Part shown: positions 12,715 through 24,099 of the stretch, one piece after another
Layout of the letters: each line of letters starts with the position of its first letter
Numbering within the stretch: the first letter of the stretch is position 1
DNA from: Takakia lepidozioides
Taxonomy: Eukaryota; Plantae; Bryophyta
Direction: 5' to 3'
Assembly: GCA_030704615.1 (NCBI GenBank)
Contig: CM060732.1
Span: 46,128,001 to 46,192,000, forward strand
Length of the DNA: 64,000 nt
The notes under the pieces: model-generated
What the model was told of the DNA's origin: nothing
Seen by the model: the letters and a program-made list of their open reading frames with translations, nothing else
Database searches by the model: none
Position numbers and translations under genes: made by a program

Positions 12715-13670
12715 CACTCATTTTTTTTTCCACCTCTTCTTCAGAAGCAAAGCGTAAATGAGCTACATAATGACCATCTGATTGTTTTTTCACCTCTGCT
12801 TCTATAACAGAAACCTGAACAAGTTTCACAATGAGAACTCATTTTTATTTCACCTCTTCTTCAGAAGCAAAGCCTAAATAAGCATTCATGATGACCATCT
12901 GATTTTTTTTCACCTCTTCTTCAATAACAGAAACCTGAACAAGTTTCACAATGAGCGCTCATTTGTTTTTCACCTCTTCTTCAGAAACCAAGCCTAAATA
13001 AGCATTCATGATGACCATCTGATTTTTTTTCACCTGTTCTTCAATAACAGAAACTTGAACAAGTTTCACTGAGAGCTCATTTTTTTTTTCACCTCTTCTT
13101 CAGAAACAAAGCCTAAATAAGCATTCATGATGACCATCTGATTTTTTCACCTCTTCTTCAATAACGGAAACCTTAACAAGTTTCACAATGAGAGCTCATT
13201 TTTTTTTCACCTCTTCTACACAAACAAAGCCTAAATAAGCATTCATGATGACAATCTGATTTTTTTTCACCTCTTCTTCAATAACAGAAACCTTAACAAG
13301 TTTCACAATGAGAGCTCATTTTTTTTTCACCTCTTCTTCAATAACCTAAACCTTTGCCTGTTTCACAACGAGAGCTCATTTTTTTGGACCTCTTCTTGAG
13401 GCACAAACCCTACATAAGCTTCAAGTTGACCTTCCGCATTGTTTTTAACCTCTCTCTTCAATTTTCATCCATCCATCATCCATGGATGGAATATTGCAGA
13501 TGTCAGTAAGCTTCACAATGAGCATCCAAATTTTTCTTACCTCTTGTTCATGCAAGAAACCCTAAATAAGATTCATGATGACTCACCTAGCCTTTTTTTT
13601 TCCACCTCTTCTTCAATAACAAAACGTCAGTAAGCTTCACAATGACCATCCATTTTTCCTACACCTCTTT
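12715..13670. repeat. Subterminal tandem array, ~59-bp units alternating A/B (~118-bp dimer)
   Basis: Core TTTTTTTTCACCTCTTCTTCA followed alternately by GAAGCAAAGCCTAAATAAGCATTCATGATGACCATCTGA or ATAACAGAAACCTGAACAAGTTTCACAATGAGAGCTCA; decays after ~13380. Confidence 0.93.
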
Positions 13671-13866
13671 TTTTAGGCGCTACAACTGCTTCCACGATAA
13701 TAGGACCCATTCTAAACAGAGGACTCGGGTATGGGCCTTGTTTCTCCCTCCTCTAAACCTTGGGCTCACGCTTAGCAAGCGTGAGCCTAGGCTCACGGTT
13801 AGAGGGCAAAGCATGAGCCGAGCTCCTGGGCTCACGCGGCTAGGCTCACACTGTAGCTTCGTCCTA

Positions 13867-14082
13867 CAAGAAGGTTGACAGGGAAAACATGGCGAATTAC
13901 CGTCCAATCACACTGCTGAACTCCAAGTACAAGATAATCGCCAAGGCTCTGGCCTTGAGACTACAACCCCTGGCCGAGTTTCGTCGCACAGTTGCCCAAG
14001 ATCATAAGGAAAGAGCAAACTGGTTTCCTAAAAGACCACATGATCCTTGACAATATTTTGCTGGCCCATGAGGCCCTAGGAG
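13867..14082 (+). mobile_element. LINE reverse transcriptase fragment
   Basis: KKVDRENMANYRPITLLNSKYKIIAKALALRLQP...KEQTGF...ILDNILLAHEAL. Confidence 0.85.
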
Positions 14083-17000
14083 GTGCACTCTTTATAAACT
14101 GTGCGTATCACGTGCGTTCGTCGCCTAATAAAAAAACCCCCTGTATACGGGTCCTTGGATAATTTATACCCCCTCTGTACATACTTTTTGAAGATTATAA
14201 AACCCCCTCTTGTAAATATACAAAAATTTACAATTTTTAAAAAGTACCCCCTTCTGTATGTATGTTCTCATTTTCCATCATTAAAAATAACCCTCCAATA
14301 TGTATATGTATGTTTTTATATTATATCGAATTTATTCATTTAAAACATAGAAAAATCTAACAAATTAATTTTAAAAAAAAAATTGCCTTTGATAAAGTTG
14401 TCAAAGACTTTTCGGTCATTTGCATCAAGTACATATGTGTTTGACTTGACATTGTACTTTAAACATGCTAACGCGATAATGGAATCCAAATCAACCATCA
14501 TGTTATCCGTCAAATCGTACGTATAGACCCCTCCTCGAATTTTTTGGTACCATGCTAACCCAATCTCCATATGAGAATGACGCTCCAATAAATCAACAGA
14601 ATCCCTACATTCTACAAACCGCTTATTGATTTTCTTCCGGATTCTTTGAACCCTGCCCAAATACCAAGTGCCTTTGGTTGCTCCTCTGCAGGTTTTCCCT
14701 GGTCTGCCTTTCCTGTTTGTAGTTTGGATCGCAGTCTCCTCATCAACAAAAAATACAGCACAATCCAAACCCAATCCCAAGCTCGTGGCTTTGTTGTTGG
14801 TAGTTGGTTTGTTTTCTCGGCAAAACAACATCGATGCACTTCTTACTTTTGTCAATCTATCCTTGGATAGAGTAGGGTTGCCATTGAGTTGGCTAACCAA
14901 AGTGCTTTTGAATATGGTCTTCCCGTCTACTTTGACAAATGGAACCACCGCCTTCGATCCATCTTTCTCTTGTTCAAACTCATCAATGACAGCATCCAGA
15001 GTATGTCTCAATTCACTTTGAATAAGTACCTCTTCCGCATGATCATCCAAAGGTTGGCTCAAAACATCCTCCATTGAATTCGAAGGCCCGCACACCAATT
15101 CATCTTCCACGACCTCATTTTGAATATGTGTGTCTGCATTAAGAGGACAAATAGAATCTATGGCATCGACATCATCACCCTCCTCTTCCATGCTTTTGAG
15201 TAGCTCGGCCTCCATTTGTCTCTCAATTGTCCATGGCTCATTCCACCGATCCAAGTTTGTCGCTTTGTTTGGTTTCATCCCAAGTTTATGGCATAAAAGT
15301 TGCGCTTCTAGAAATCCAGTTTTCAAAGCCTCCACAATGCAATCATCCGATTGGACAGTAGAAAAGTCGGACAAATCAGCAAGGGGGATACCTGGCTTCT
15401 TCTCCAAAGAAAACCAAATGTGTTCTTGTTTCTTGTGAGCTCTTGAGAACTTGGGTCCTTTTGGATTCACCTCGAACTCGGATATGCGTGTTATTGCTCC
15501 CGCACTCTCAATCAAATCACACCCGTCATATGTCCTCTCATTCCGTAACATACCTCCCACTTTGCTGAAGAATATTTCACACACATCTGAACCAACAAGG
15601 CTCAAAGGAACTTGCACATGATTAAACTTATCCTTGAACAATTTGAAAAGTAGAACCACGTAGTGGCATGAAATTTGTAAATCCAAGTATGCTTCCCTGC
15701 TAATGAAGAAGGATTTCAGATTATACACCTCGTGGTGGAATAACCACAACTTCCACAATCTGAAAAAAAACAATACCTTCGCAGCAGATTGTATCCTCTC
15801 ACACAATGACATGTGAGGAGACAAAAAAATGTCGATGTAGCATGAAATGATGTATAGGTAAAATTCAGTACCTCTGGTCCTCTCCCTTCGATGATTCACA
15901 GTTGATTGTAACTCCCTCAAACAAGCTTGCACCTTCCGAGATGCCAGTCGTTGAGCTGCTGCCCAATTCTGTCGATTTTCTCTTTTGATATCACATTCCC
16001 GAAGTCCATGCTTGTCCACTGAAAATGAATGGTAGACCAATAACACATGATTCAATGTAGCAACCTCATCACCCAACACCAAAGTCCGTGATGCACTGTC
16101 CAAGGGATTTACCAATTTTTTCCCATTGTGGATGAAGTCCTGATCATGGAGTCCGTATATATCTCCCCCGTTGCACACTCGACCTGTAAACAACCATCCT
16201 TCCCAAGGGATGCAAAATCTACTTCCAGTCCCATTGGCATAATCTTCTAACATCACTTTTCTCCTCCTACTATCTCCGTCTGAAGCATGCCCAATTATAG
16301 CCCAACCACGTCCCTCACATATTTGTCCCACAACTGTCTCACCACTTCCCATTGTGATCTCACAAAATTGTTGTCGAATCTATTGCAAGTGAGCTGGATT
16401 ACCAATACCAATCGAGGTAATCGTACATGTAGAGGATTTGCTATCAACACTCTGGCGTAATGGGCAACCACATTGTTTTTGAATGCCTCCACAATATGTT
16501 CGTACCCTGATTCCCCTTCTCCCACTTGCACCACAAAATTTGAAATACATACATGGTTGTCTTGAAGCCCACAGAACTCGAGAAGGGTGTCATCCCTAGC
16601 AATCCAACGTACCAATCGCTTCACAACAGTTTCATCTTCGGCCACCATCACTGGGATGCTTCCCATTGGAATATTTGCATCTTCCATCACATCTCTGTAA
16701 ATTCCAGCCACATGCTGAAATATATCATCCCTTTCTCCCGCTCTATACTTCAAACCTTTCCTCAAAGACCGTCTTGTAGTATCAATAGAAGGACCCCCCA
16801 CATTTGAAGCCAAAAAATGATGCAATCTCGGACCCCCCCAAAGCTGCACAGTCTCAAACATTGTTTTTGTGCTAGTACCATACCTCTTCCCTTGTGGAGA
16901 CCTGTCAATATTCTTGCCCATATCAACAAGAAAATCCCACAAACTTTCTTTTCCTTCAAAATCCCCCCTCCTATGTGCATCAACAATATCACGACAAAAT

Positions 17001-18383
17001 TTGAGAACATCTCCTCTTTCAATTGCCTCAATCCCAGACTCCTTCAAACTCTTACATCGCACAGACAAGGATGCCACTTTGGTCCTGGCCTCCCACAATT
17101 TGAACCTCAACTGCCTCAACTCCTGTCTGTTTTTGTAAACTTGTTTGACAATCTCGACATTTCCAAGATATGACAACCTTCTTCCCTTGCCAGTATCTCT
17201 CTCCCCTCTATATTCCATGGCACCTCTCTCTCTATATACCCTCATTCTGAAGTCATTTTCCAAGGGAATGGAAGAACATGCTGAACACCTCAAGTTGGAA
17301 ATGGCTCCCCATCCAATGACACTCTAAAACAATCCGCGTGCCGAAACGTACCAACAACATATGCTCTTGATTGTTTAGAGTGATGGTTGCATGTGTCAAC
17401 GGCTCGACATACCACTTCTTTCCTCCCTTGCTATCTTGAAGGAATGGTTTCAGACTTATTCTCTTGTGGTTGTACTCCCACCATTCATCCCATAGGCCCC
17501 AACACAAACTGTCTCTTCCTTTGTTGCATTGGGACCTTCGCTATAATTGTCAATCCTCAATCAGATCTGCCCGTTGGGCAGCGTCAACACAAGTGTATGG
17601 AGTTTGTGACGAGGATGCTCCCATTGTTGATGCCACAATTGGATTGTCAAGTGGTGGGGGACGGCAACACAGGTTGACTGACCAAGAAAGAGCTTAGATC
17701 CCGTTGCTTTACATCTTTGGCAATCATAGGCTTTGGAGGCCTTCCTCTCTTTTTGCACAGTCCTTCACTACTTTCAACCTTCTGGCAAATCTCTGCATCG
17801 ACATAAGTTTTCCCTTCACATGCTCTGTCAAAGAAGATTGCAAAGAACCTGTCCTTGGAAACAAGAGTAGCCACTTCGAATCAAGTGCGCACTTAATCCT
17901 TATGGAACCCAACTGCGAATAGTCTCATCTGTTTCCAGGATTGTCCTCACAAAACCGAGCGACTTCCTCTAATGCCTCCTTCACCATGTTCTTCTTTGCA
18001 TCTAATGCTTCATCTGCATTTACAGGGCTGATGACACATTGTGATGAACCCTTCCCATGACGCCTCTCATAGGCTATGCGATGCCCCTCACTCCTCAAAT
18101 GAGATCTCATAAAGTTTGCACTTGCATCATATGGTTTGTTTATCCTAGACCGTGCATGAACATCCTCACACTCAACACACCATATGTGGAACATTGCTTG
18201 TCCTTGTTGATCCTTTGTCATGAGCTCAAATTTGTCACATCGTCCTTCTGCAGAGATTTTCCTTTCAACGGCTCTAATCTCTTTCTGCCATTTTTGAATA
18301 TCGCTGGATGTAGCCAATGTGCTGCACAATCTACCATATCTCTGTTGAAGTGCATGCTCATGTGCATGGTCTTCATTTCCACC
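14083..18383 (-). mobile_element. DNA transposon with P-superfamily-like DDE transposase, cut at 18383 by the Gypsy LTR
   Basis: Terminus GTGCACTCTTTATAAA.. is shared with 10442-11467; the transposase ORF ends at 14340, directly inside this terminal segment. Confidence 0.75.
14340..18383 (-). pseudogene. P-like transposase (>1,300 codons, frameshifted) with N-terminal Zn fingers and AT-hook
   Basis: EDETVVK, GHASDGD, QDFIH (DxxH), NRQNWAAAQRL and SDVCEIFFS in ORFs 16295-17293 and 14340-16352. Upstream CVEC...HLRSEGH and KRGRP. Confidence 0.7.
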
Positions 18384-19328
18384 TGTCGCGCGGCTTTTAC
18401 TCACCCATCCCTTCGCTATCCGAGGCGGAAACTCCAAGATAGAAGAGTTGGAAATCTCTAAGTACTCAGCCCGCGCAGAACAATCAGTCATGACCTACAG
18501 CTAGTGTATCATGGGGGTGTTTCCTATTTGTTTCCCTTTCCGCATTCATCTTAGCTACCTTACCATTGATAATTAAGTATCAGTTTGCTTCATCAATCTA
18601 TCGGTTTCCTTCACTCATCCATTCAATCCACAGCTTCTCTCAGATCTCTCTACACAGTGTGATTGTATCTTATAAGTATCAGATTATGATTTATCAGGTA
18701 TCAGGCCGAAGCCATTATGTCTCTAATCTGCTCTCCAATATCACTACAGCTTTGCATATAACAAACATCTACTAATCCTCTTTTCTCCTTCATCGTGCTC
18801 TCCATCTCTTGCCTCCGATCTCCGCTCCAGCCTGACTCAGAAGTTCTCCCCGAATAATGATCCCCCTCCTTCATTCCCCGTTTCTCCCTTTATCCTCCTA
18901 TCCGCGGTTCTAACCGTTTCCCTCTCTAACCGTCGTCTGTGAACTAACATGTTCCCTTCACAGGTGTTGTTCCCCACAGTCGTTCTCTGTCCTACTCTTC
19001 GTTCCCTATTATCGTGACAGCTGTGTCAAGCGGTGACTGGCTGTGTTTTGGCTGTGTCGGCTGTGACTGGCTGTGTTTGGCTGTGTCTGCTGTGACGACT
19101 GTGACGGGCTGTGTTGGCTGTGTGGGCTGTGACGACTGTGACGGGCTGTGTGGGCTGTGTGGGCTGTGACGACTGTGACGGGCTGTGACGGGCTGTGACA
19201 ACTGTGTAACCCCCCTCTACAGTGCGCTGCTGTCACCCCTAAGGCTCCTGTTGGTCTCAGTCTGTGCAAAATTAAGGGTACCCTACAGATCCCGTATAAG
19301 TGTCTAAGTCCCCTACAGTCCTCTAACA
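18384..19328 (-). repeat. 3' LTR (945 bp)
   Basis: TG..CA ends; PPT at 19332-19344. Confidence 0.96.
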
Positions 19329-19331
19329 TTA

Positions 19332-19344
19332 CCCCTTCCCCCTC
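19332..19344 (-). promoter_or_regulatory. Polypurine tract
   Basis: GAGGGGGAAGGGG, 3 nt before the 3' LTR. Confidence 0.9.
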
Positions 19345-19483
19345 AAAAAGCCGTGTCCTCACGGTTTACTGTTTTCGAGTAGCAAACCTTTGTGAGTGAG
19401 CACCTTGTTGACGTTGATAGTTTCGTGGTGGGCTGTGTGTACGAGCCCGAGGTCTGTCTCTGGTTGATGGAGATGGTTGATCA

Positions 19484-22400
19484 CTACCTGATAAGTGAGG
19501 CCTTCTGGAGGCTGATATCGAGGTAATCTTTCCGGCATAGGAGATCCCTTTGTTTCTTCTCTTCCATCTGAATTGCATAGTCTTCTCCCATGTCAAAAGA
19601 ATTCTGTGAAGAAACAGTTGTATCAGAATCCTCATCGCCTCTCAGGTGTTTTAATTTTCGAACTTTTTGTGGAATCATCTGGGGCATACAATGCTCTCCT
19701 ACCATGTCTGGAAGTTTGTATTTTACAACTTGGTGTAACCGCTGAACAGCAAAATTGGTGTAGGCACTGAGCTCCTTGTCTGTCCAGATGAGTGGGGTAC
19801 CAATTACTGGTGCAGCGTGCAAGTACTTCCATGCCACATGTCCCTTATAGAAAATGTCATCAAGTCCGAATTTCTGTGTTGACAAATGGTTGCAGGCTGC
19901 TTGAAACCATGAACGAATTTGAGAATCCTTCTGCATCATAACTTTTGGGTCATATAGGTACATATGAGGTGGCACCGAAGGTAATACCCAATGATCTCCA
20001 CTGGAGTAACTTTGAAAGCGTGTTTGCATCTTTTGTTGCTCAATGTGGTAACGTACCAGAAAACAAGCAGCGTAGTATAGCCCGCACCCCATGACAATAC
20101 TTGCTATCTCCTTGGTCTTGGTATAAATGAGTCCATGTACAACCTGGAAAGCAACCAATTCCCTCAACATGGTACCTGCCTCGTGCCAGTATTGTGCAAA
20201 GTGATGATCTTCAATATGTCGATTGTTTGGAAGAACTTTAGTCCTAGTTGCCACTGGCAGCCAAATACGCATGATTTGGTAGTAATGTGCGAATGACTGC
20301 GGAGGACTAAATTCTTTCCAAGCCAAATCCAACATGATGGGAATTTGGTTGAAGGGCATAAGCATAGCCCTGCTGTACTCCCTTGCAGCTGGAGTTTTAG
20401 GTGGGTTAAAAGCGGCATTGCCCCATACCTCCGGCTGTGGTGGCTGTGGTGTGGTTGTAGTAACCACAGGTTCAGCTACTGGTACACTGACCTGTTGTGG
20501 TGGTGGTACTGGCTCCTGTATCATTGGCATCTCCTGCACCTCCTGTGAAGACTGAAAAGCCAGAGTTCTGGCTTGCAAATAAGAAGCCATTAGCTGTTCC
20601 TGAGGGATATAGACTCTTTGGTCGATGTTTGAAGTGAGGTCTTCCACTTGAGTCTGGAGTCCGTCTACATCCTCTTGTAACTCTGCTATCCTACTATAGA
20701 CATTGTCTATAGTAGTTGTGGCAATGTTCTGCACCTGCAGTCTGAGCTCATTCATCTCGCTTTGGGTGAGCTTCCGTGGGCTTTTGCCCTCTACTGGCCC
20801 TTGTGCTAACCAGACCTGCATAAGGCTGTTATCCACCAAGCTGCTTGTGGTTCCCCTGAGAGTTTGCTCCTCTCTTAGCTTGTACAATTCCAACTGCTGT
20901 TGTAAAGCCTCCATGCGCTTCGCCTGTGGCTCAACCAATTGCGCATAGGCAGCAAGTAGATTATTGGCTTCCTTCGAAGCCTTGTTACTGACCGCGATTT
21001 CATTTCTATTGGCCACGATGGTTTGTTGCAACTCCACGATGTGTTTCTCTTGATCAGCTTCCCTCTGCCTGTATTGCTTGAAAGTATCTTCATGGCGACA
21101 GATTGTATTCTTCATATCGACAATGAGCTTCATTTGCTCAACATTCTCTTCTTCTGCCTTCGTACATTTTTCCGCTTGACTGTTTATTTCTTTTGTTGAT
21201 TGGTCAAGCATAGTTGTAAATGTAGCACATTGTATCGCCATCCTGTTATGCACTGTCTGCAACTCCGTATGTAGTGCATTCAGTTCTTGCAACTTGCTTT
21301 CATGCTGCACCTGCATTTGGTATAGCTGTTGCTTATGTGCTTCGTGCAACTGGTCTTGCGCGAGGCCTGCCTCAATCAATTGTTGCTTGGCCAACTGCAA
21401 AGCCATTTCTGTATTGCCCAAGTCCTGCTTCATCTTGAGAGTGACCTCTTCATCGACCTTGTTTGCACACTCAGTGGCAAGTCGAGCCTCAAACTCCTTC
21501 CTGAGTTCCTCTTTCAAGGCTGTCAATTGGGTAATTGGAACATGGGATTTGACATAAGTCCCCAACAAATTAAGTGTCCTGCCTATGGAACTCATCAGCA
21601 TTGCCTGTTGAGGGTCATCATGGTGAGGTTGCTGCTGTTCCTCCTGATCTTCAACAGTATGATGTCTCACTAACCATTCAGGCCATTGTCCCACCGGATT
21701 TTCTTCCTGAACTACTTCATCTATGACTGGTGTTACAGTGTCATGACCTTCCGCCTGTGGTACCTCCGACACAGGTGTGTGCATTATATGCACCTCAGGA
21801 TTTCCCTTGGGCAACTGTTGCACCTCTGGGATTTCTGTCTCCTTGACCAGACCAGAATATTCATAGAGAAGGTCCCCTTTCTCTATTTCTGCCACTATCT
21901 GTTCTGTAGTTGGAATATCTATCCCTTCACTTTCCAAATCAATTATTTCGGGTTGAGCTGCATGGATAACTTGTGACCTTGTGACAAGTCGTTCAAGTGG
22001 CTGTGTTGGCTGTGATGCAGAAGTAACTTCCTCCTCCCTCTCTGAAGGTCCTGCTTCCAGTAATAACATTCTTTTGTGCTGCTGTGCCCCTTCCTGGTCA
22101 TGAGCTTGGGAAACATTATCATGCGGAATCCGTGAAGCCAGTGGATCCGCCACTACAGTCTTTCCCCTTCTCTGCCTCTTAGTCTCGGGTTGTGCTGCTA
22201 GTCCACCCTCACTGTGTGAAGAGCCTTGCTCTTCCATTGCAGTTGTTTCTGGCTCAAACACTCCCATTTCCTTCCTTTCTTGTGCATTAAGTATGCCAGA
22301 ATTAAGGATTATTTGAGCAATGATTGGGCCAGACACTATGATAGGAGACTTTGCGGTAGTACCTTGTAATCTTTTCATCTCCTCTACTAGTGCGTTGTAC

Positions 22401-23575
22401 ATTATGTCCGCCCATTGTACCTCTTGTCCCTTCAGGCCTTTGAGTATTTCCTCTGTGAAGGATCTGCTCAAATATTGTTGGTTCTGTTTCAGGGCAAACA
22501 GAACGTTCAATACCTGGCCTATCTCTTTTAACCCTGGGTACACAGCTTTGGTACAAGCATAACCCTGAGTTTTAAAGAAACTCCCTTCTTGGAATAAGTC
22601 CCCTATTTGCAGTCTTGCCCTGTGTTCCCCCACATGCACCTGACCTGCTGGCAATCGAAACAATTGCTGGAGGTATAGGGGAGTAATCATTAATTCAACT
22701 CCCTTCACCGTTGTTGTTCCTGTCCTTGGCTCAAAGTTCTGCAAAAATTGTAACATGTACTGTCTATGGTGTAGTGTCCAATCTAGGCTTTGCAATCCTT
22801 CCAATCTCAGCTCCTCCAGTATCTTTATCGCCTGTGGGGTAGCCATCGTTTGTTTCTGCAGAATTGTGGTGCTCTTCACCCTGATTTCCTCCATTCCTCT
22901 CACTCTCTTCATCTTAGACTCACAGAACTGCTTTGGCTGTAACAACTGCAGGAATGCCTGTAGTGCACAAAGCAGAAACGTATGGTTGCCGCAGAAAGCT
23001 ATGGGTAATCTCTTGTAAGCCTGCGGGGCTTGCAAGCATTGCTCAAGAGAAAAGCTCTGCTCTGTCGTTTCGTGTCTATGCCACTGCGTAAGTAATATTG
23101 CGAGCGTATAGTCTGTTAGTTCCTCCATAGTTTCCAAGTTATAGCATTTATGGCCTGTCCTGTCGAGACGCCCGTTACTCAGAACGACGCCGCCTCTTGC
23201 GCTCAATTTCCCTCCATTTTCTTGATCATTTCTCTGGTTTTCTATTGGCTGTATCTGCTGTGACTGGATTTTAACTTTTATCTTCTTTAGTGGACTTTCC
23301 CTGTTGGATAGTCCACTAGGATCACACATGCGACATGAATTCGGTTTTTCTGTACTTGCCGTTCGTTCCGTTTCCCTTTTTCCGTATTCATTAATGGGCC
23401 CGCCTTTCATCCCATTTGACGGCCGTTCTTGTCCTCTTTCTTTTTGACACCTGTCCTTGCACTTCATTCTCTGCTGTGTGTCGCACCCTGACCTCCACGT
23501 GTCTATTTTTAAAGTTAATTTCCGTTTCTCTTCCTTCAGCCATTTTCCTGAAGTTTTTATGTGTCCACTTGTCAC
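19484..23575 (-). CDS. Extra 3' ORF of the retrotransposon (1363 aa open; consensus probably ~24104-19366)
   Basis: Long ORF. MLQFLQNF...TVKGVELMITPLYLQQLFRLP resembles the Athila ORF/plant transposon protein domain; long coiled coil; Pro-rich linker; aromatic C-terminal domain. Conserved in copy A; frameshift near 19547. Confidence 0.85.
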   Translation of the reverse strand: MTSGHIKTSGKWLKEEKRKLTLKIDTWRSGCDTQQRMKCKDRCQKERGQERPSNGMKGGPINEYGKRETERTASTEKPNSCRMCDPSGLSNRESPLKKIKVKIQSQQIQPIENQRNDQENGGKLSARGGVVLSNGRLDRTGHKCYNLETMEELTDYTLAILLTQWHRHETTEQSFSLEQCLQAPQAYKRLPIAFCGNHTFLLCALQAFLQLLQPKQFCESKMKRVRGMEEIRVKSTTILQKQTMATPQAIKILEELRLEGLQSLDWTLHHRQYMLQFLQNFEPRTGTTTVKGVELMITPLYLQQLFRLPAGQVHVGEHRARLQIGDLFQEGSFFKTQGYACTKAVYPGLKEIGQVLNVLFALKQNQQYLSRSFTEEILKGLKGQEVQWADIMYNALVEEMKRLQGTTAKSPIIVSGPIIAQIILNSGILNAQERKEMGVFEPETTAMEEQGSSHSEGGLAAQPETKRQRRGKTVVADPLASRIPHDNVSQAHDQEGAQQHKRMLLLEAGPSEREEEVTSASQPTQPLERLVTRSQVIHAAQPEIIDLESEGIDIPTTEQIVAEIEKGDLLYEYSGLVKETEIPEVQQLPKGNPEVHIMHTPVSEVPQAEGHDTVTPVIDEVVQEENPVGQWPEWLVRHHTVEDQEEQQQPHHDDPQQAMLMSSIGRTLNLLGTYVKSHVPITQLTALKEELRKEFEARLATECANKVDEEVTLKMKQDLGNTEMALQLAKQQLIEAGLAQDQLHEAHKQQLYQMQVQHESKLQELNALHTELQTVHNRMAIQCATFTTMLDQSTKEINSQAEKCTKAEEENVEQMKLIVDMKNTICRHEDTFKQYRQREADQEKHIVELQQTIVANRNEIAVSNKASKEANNLLAAYAQLVEPQAKRMEALQQQLELYKLREEQTLRGTTSSLVDNSLMQVWLAQGPVEGKSPRKLTQSEMNELRLQVQNIATTTIDNVYSRIAELQEDVDGLQTQVEDLTSNIDQRVYIPQEQLMASYLQARTLAFQSSQEVQEMPMIQEPVPPPQQVSVPVAEPVVTTTTPQPPQPEVWGNAAFNPPKTPAAREYSRAMLMPFNQIPIMLDLAWKEFSPPQSFAHYYQIMRIWLPVATRTKVLPNNRHIEDHHFAQYWHEAGTMLRELVAFQVVHGLIYTKTKEIASIVMGCGLYYAACFLVRYHIEQQKMQTRFQSYSSGDHWVLPSVPPHMYLYDPKVMMQKDSQIRSWFQAACNHLSTQKFGLDDIFYKGHVAWKYLHAAPVIGTPLIWTDKELSAYTNFAVQRLHQVVKYKLPDMVGEHCMPQMIPQKVRKLKHLRGDEDSDTTVSSQNSFDMGEDYAIQMEEKKQRDLLCRKDYLDISLQKASLIR

Positions 23576-23601
23576 TGATTCTATGGATCGTGTAACTTTA
23601 G

Positions 23602-23955
23602 TAGGCTGTGTTGAGCTGTGACAGGCTGTGTCATACTGTGTTTCGCTGTGATAGGCTGTGATGCCTGTGGTAAGCTGTGATAGGCTGTGATGCGCTGTGT
23701 TGAGCTGTGACAGGCTGTGTCATACTGTGTTACCCTGTGATAGGCTGTGATGCACTGTGGTAAGCTGTGATAGGCTGTGACACGCTGTGGTTATAGGCTG
23801 TGTGTGCGCCTTGCTGGGCTGTGGTTGGCTGTGTCACGTCGTGACGGGCTGTGGTTGGCTGTGTCACGTCGTGATGGGCTGTGGTTGGCTGTGTCACGTC
23901 GTGATGGGCTGTGATAGGCTGTGTTGCGCCTTGGGGGCTGTGATAGGCTGTGTCC
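23602..23955 (-). repeat. Internal CACAGCC tandem array
   Basis: Same 10/30-bp units as 2478-2751, with different copy number and small indels. Confidence 0.95.
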
Positions 23956-24099
23956 CGTTTGTTTTGCCCACCCTGGTCGTATATGCTGGGCCCAGCAACA
24001 AGTGTTCCATACTCCGTTCGTAACACTGGTGCAGCCCGTGACTGTTCTTGCGGTTCTATATGCAAATCATGCTGCAGGGGTTTGTCATTGATACCACTG

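Larger units (their letters stand above)
9064..13866 (+). mobile_element. Mutator-like (MULE) DNA transposon remnant with SWIM finger; right end at ~13866
   Basis: FMVDSAQANFNTVRRVF...CLFHW (CxxH) in 9431-9934; NLAE at ~10001; SWIM-like CTCPDF...CKYL in 11462-12538. Subterminal array, then terminus ..TAGCTTCGTCCTA abutting LINE sequence. The terminal ~190 bp is homologous to the MITE end at 56076. Confidence 0.75.

Noticed and set aside
12715-13670. CRISPR-like repeat/spacer appearance
   Set aside because: The spacers are two alternating sequences rather than unique; no cas genes; eukaryotic TE subterminal context.
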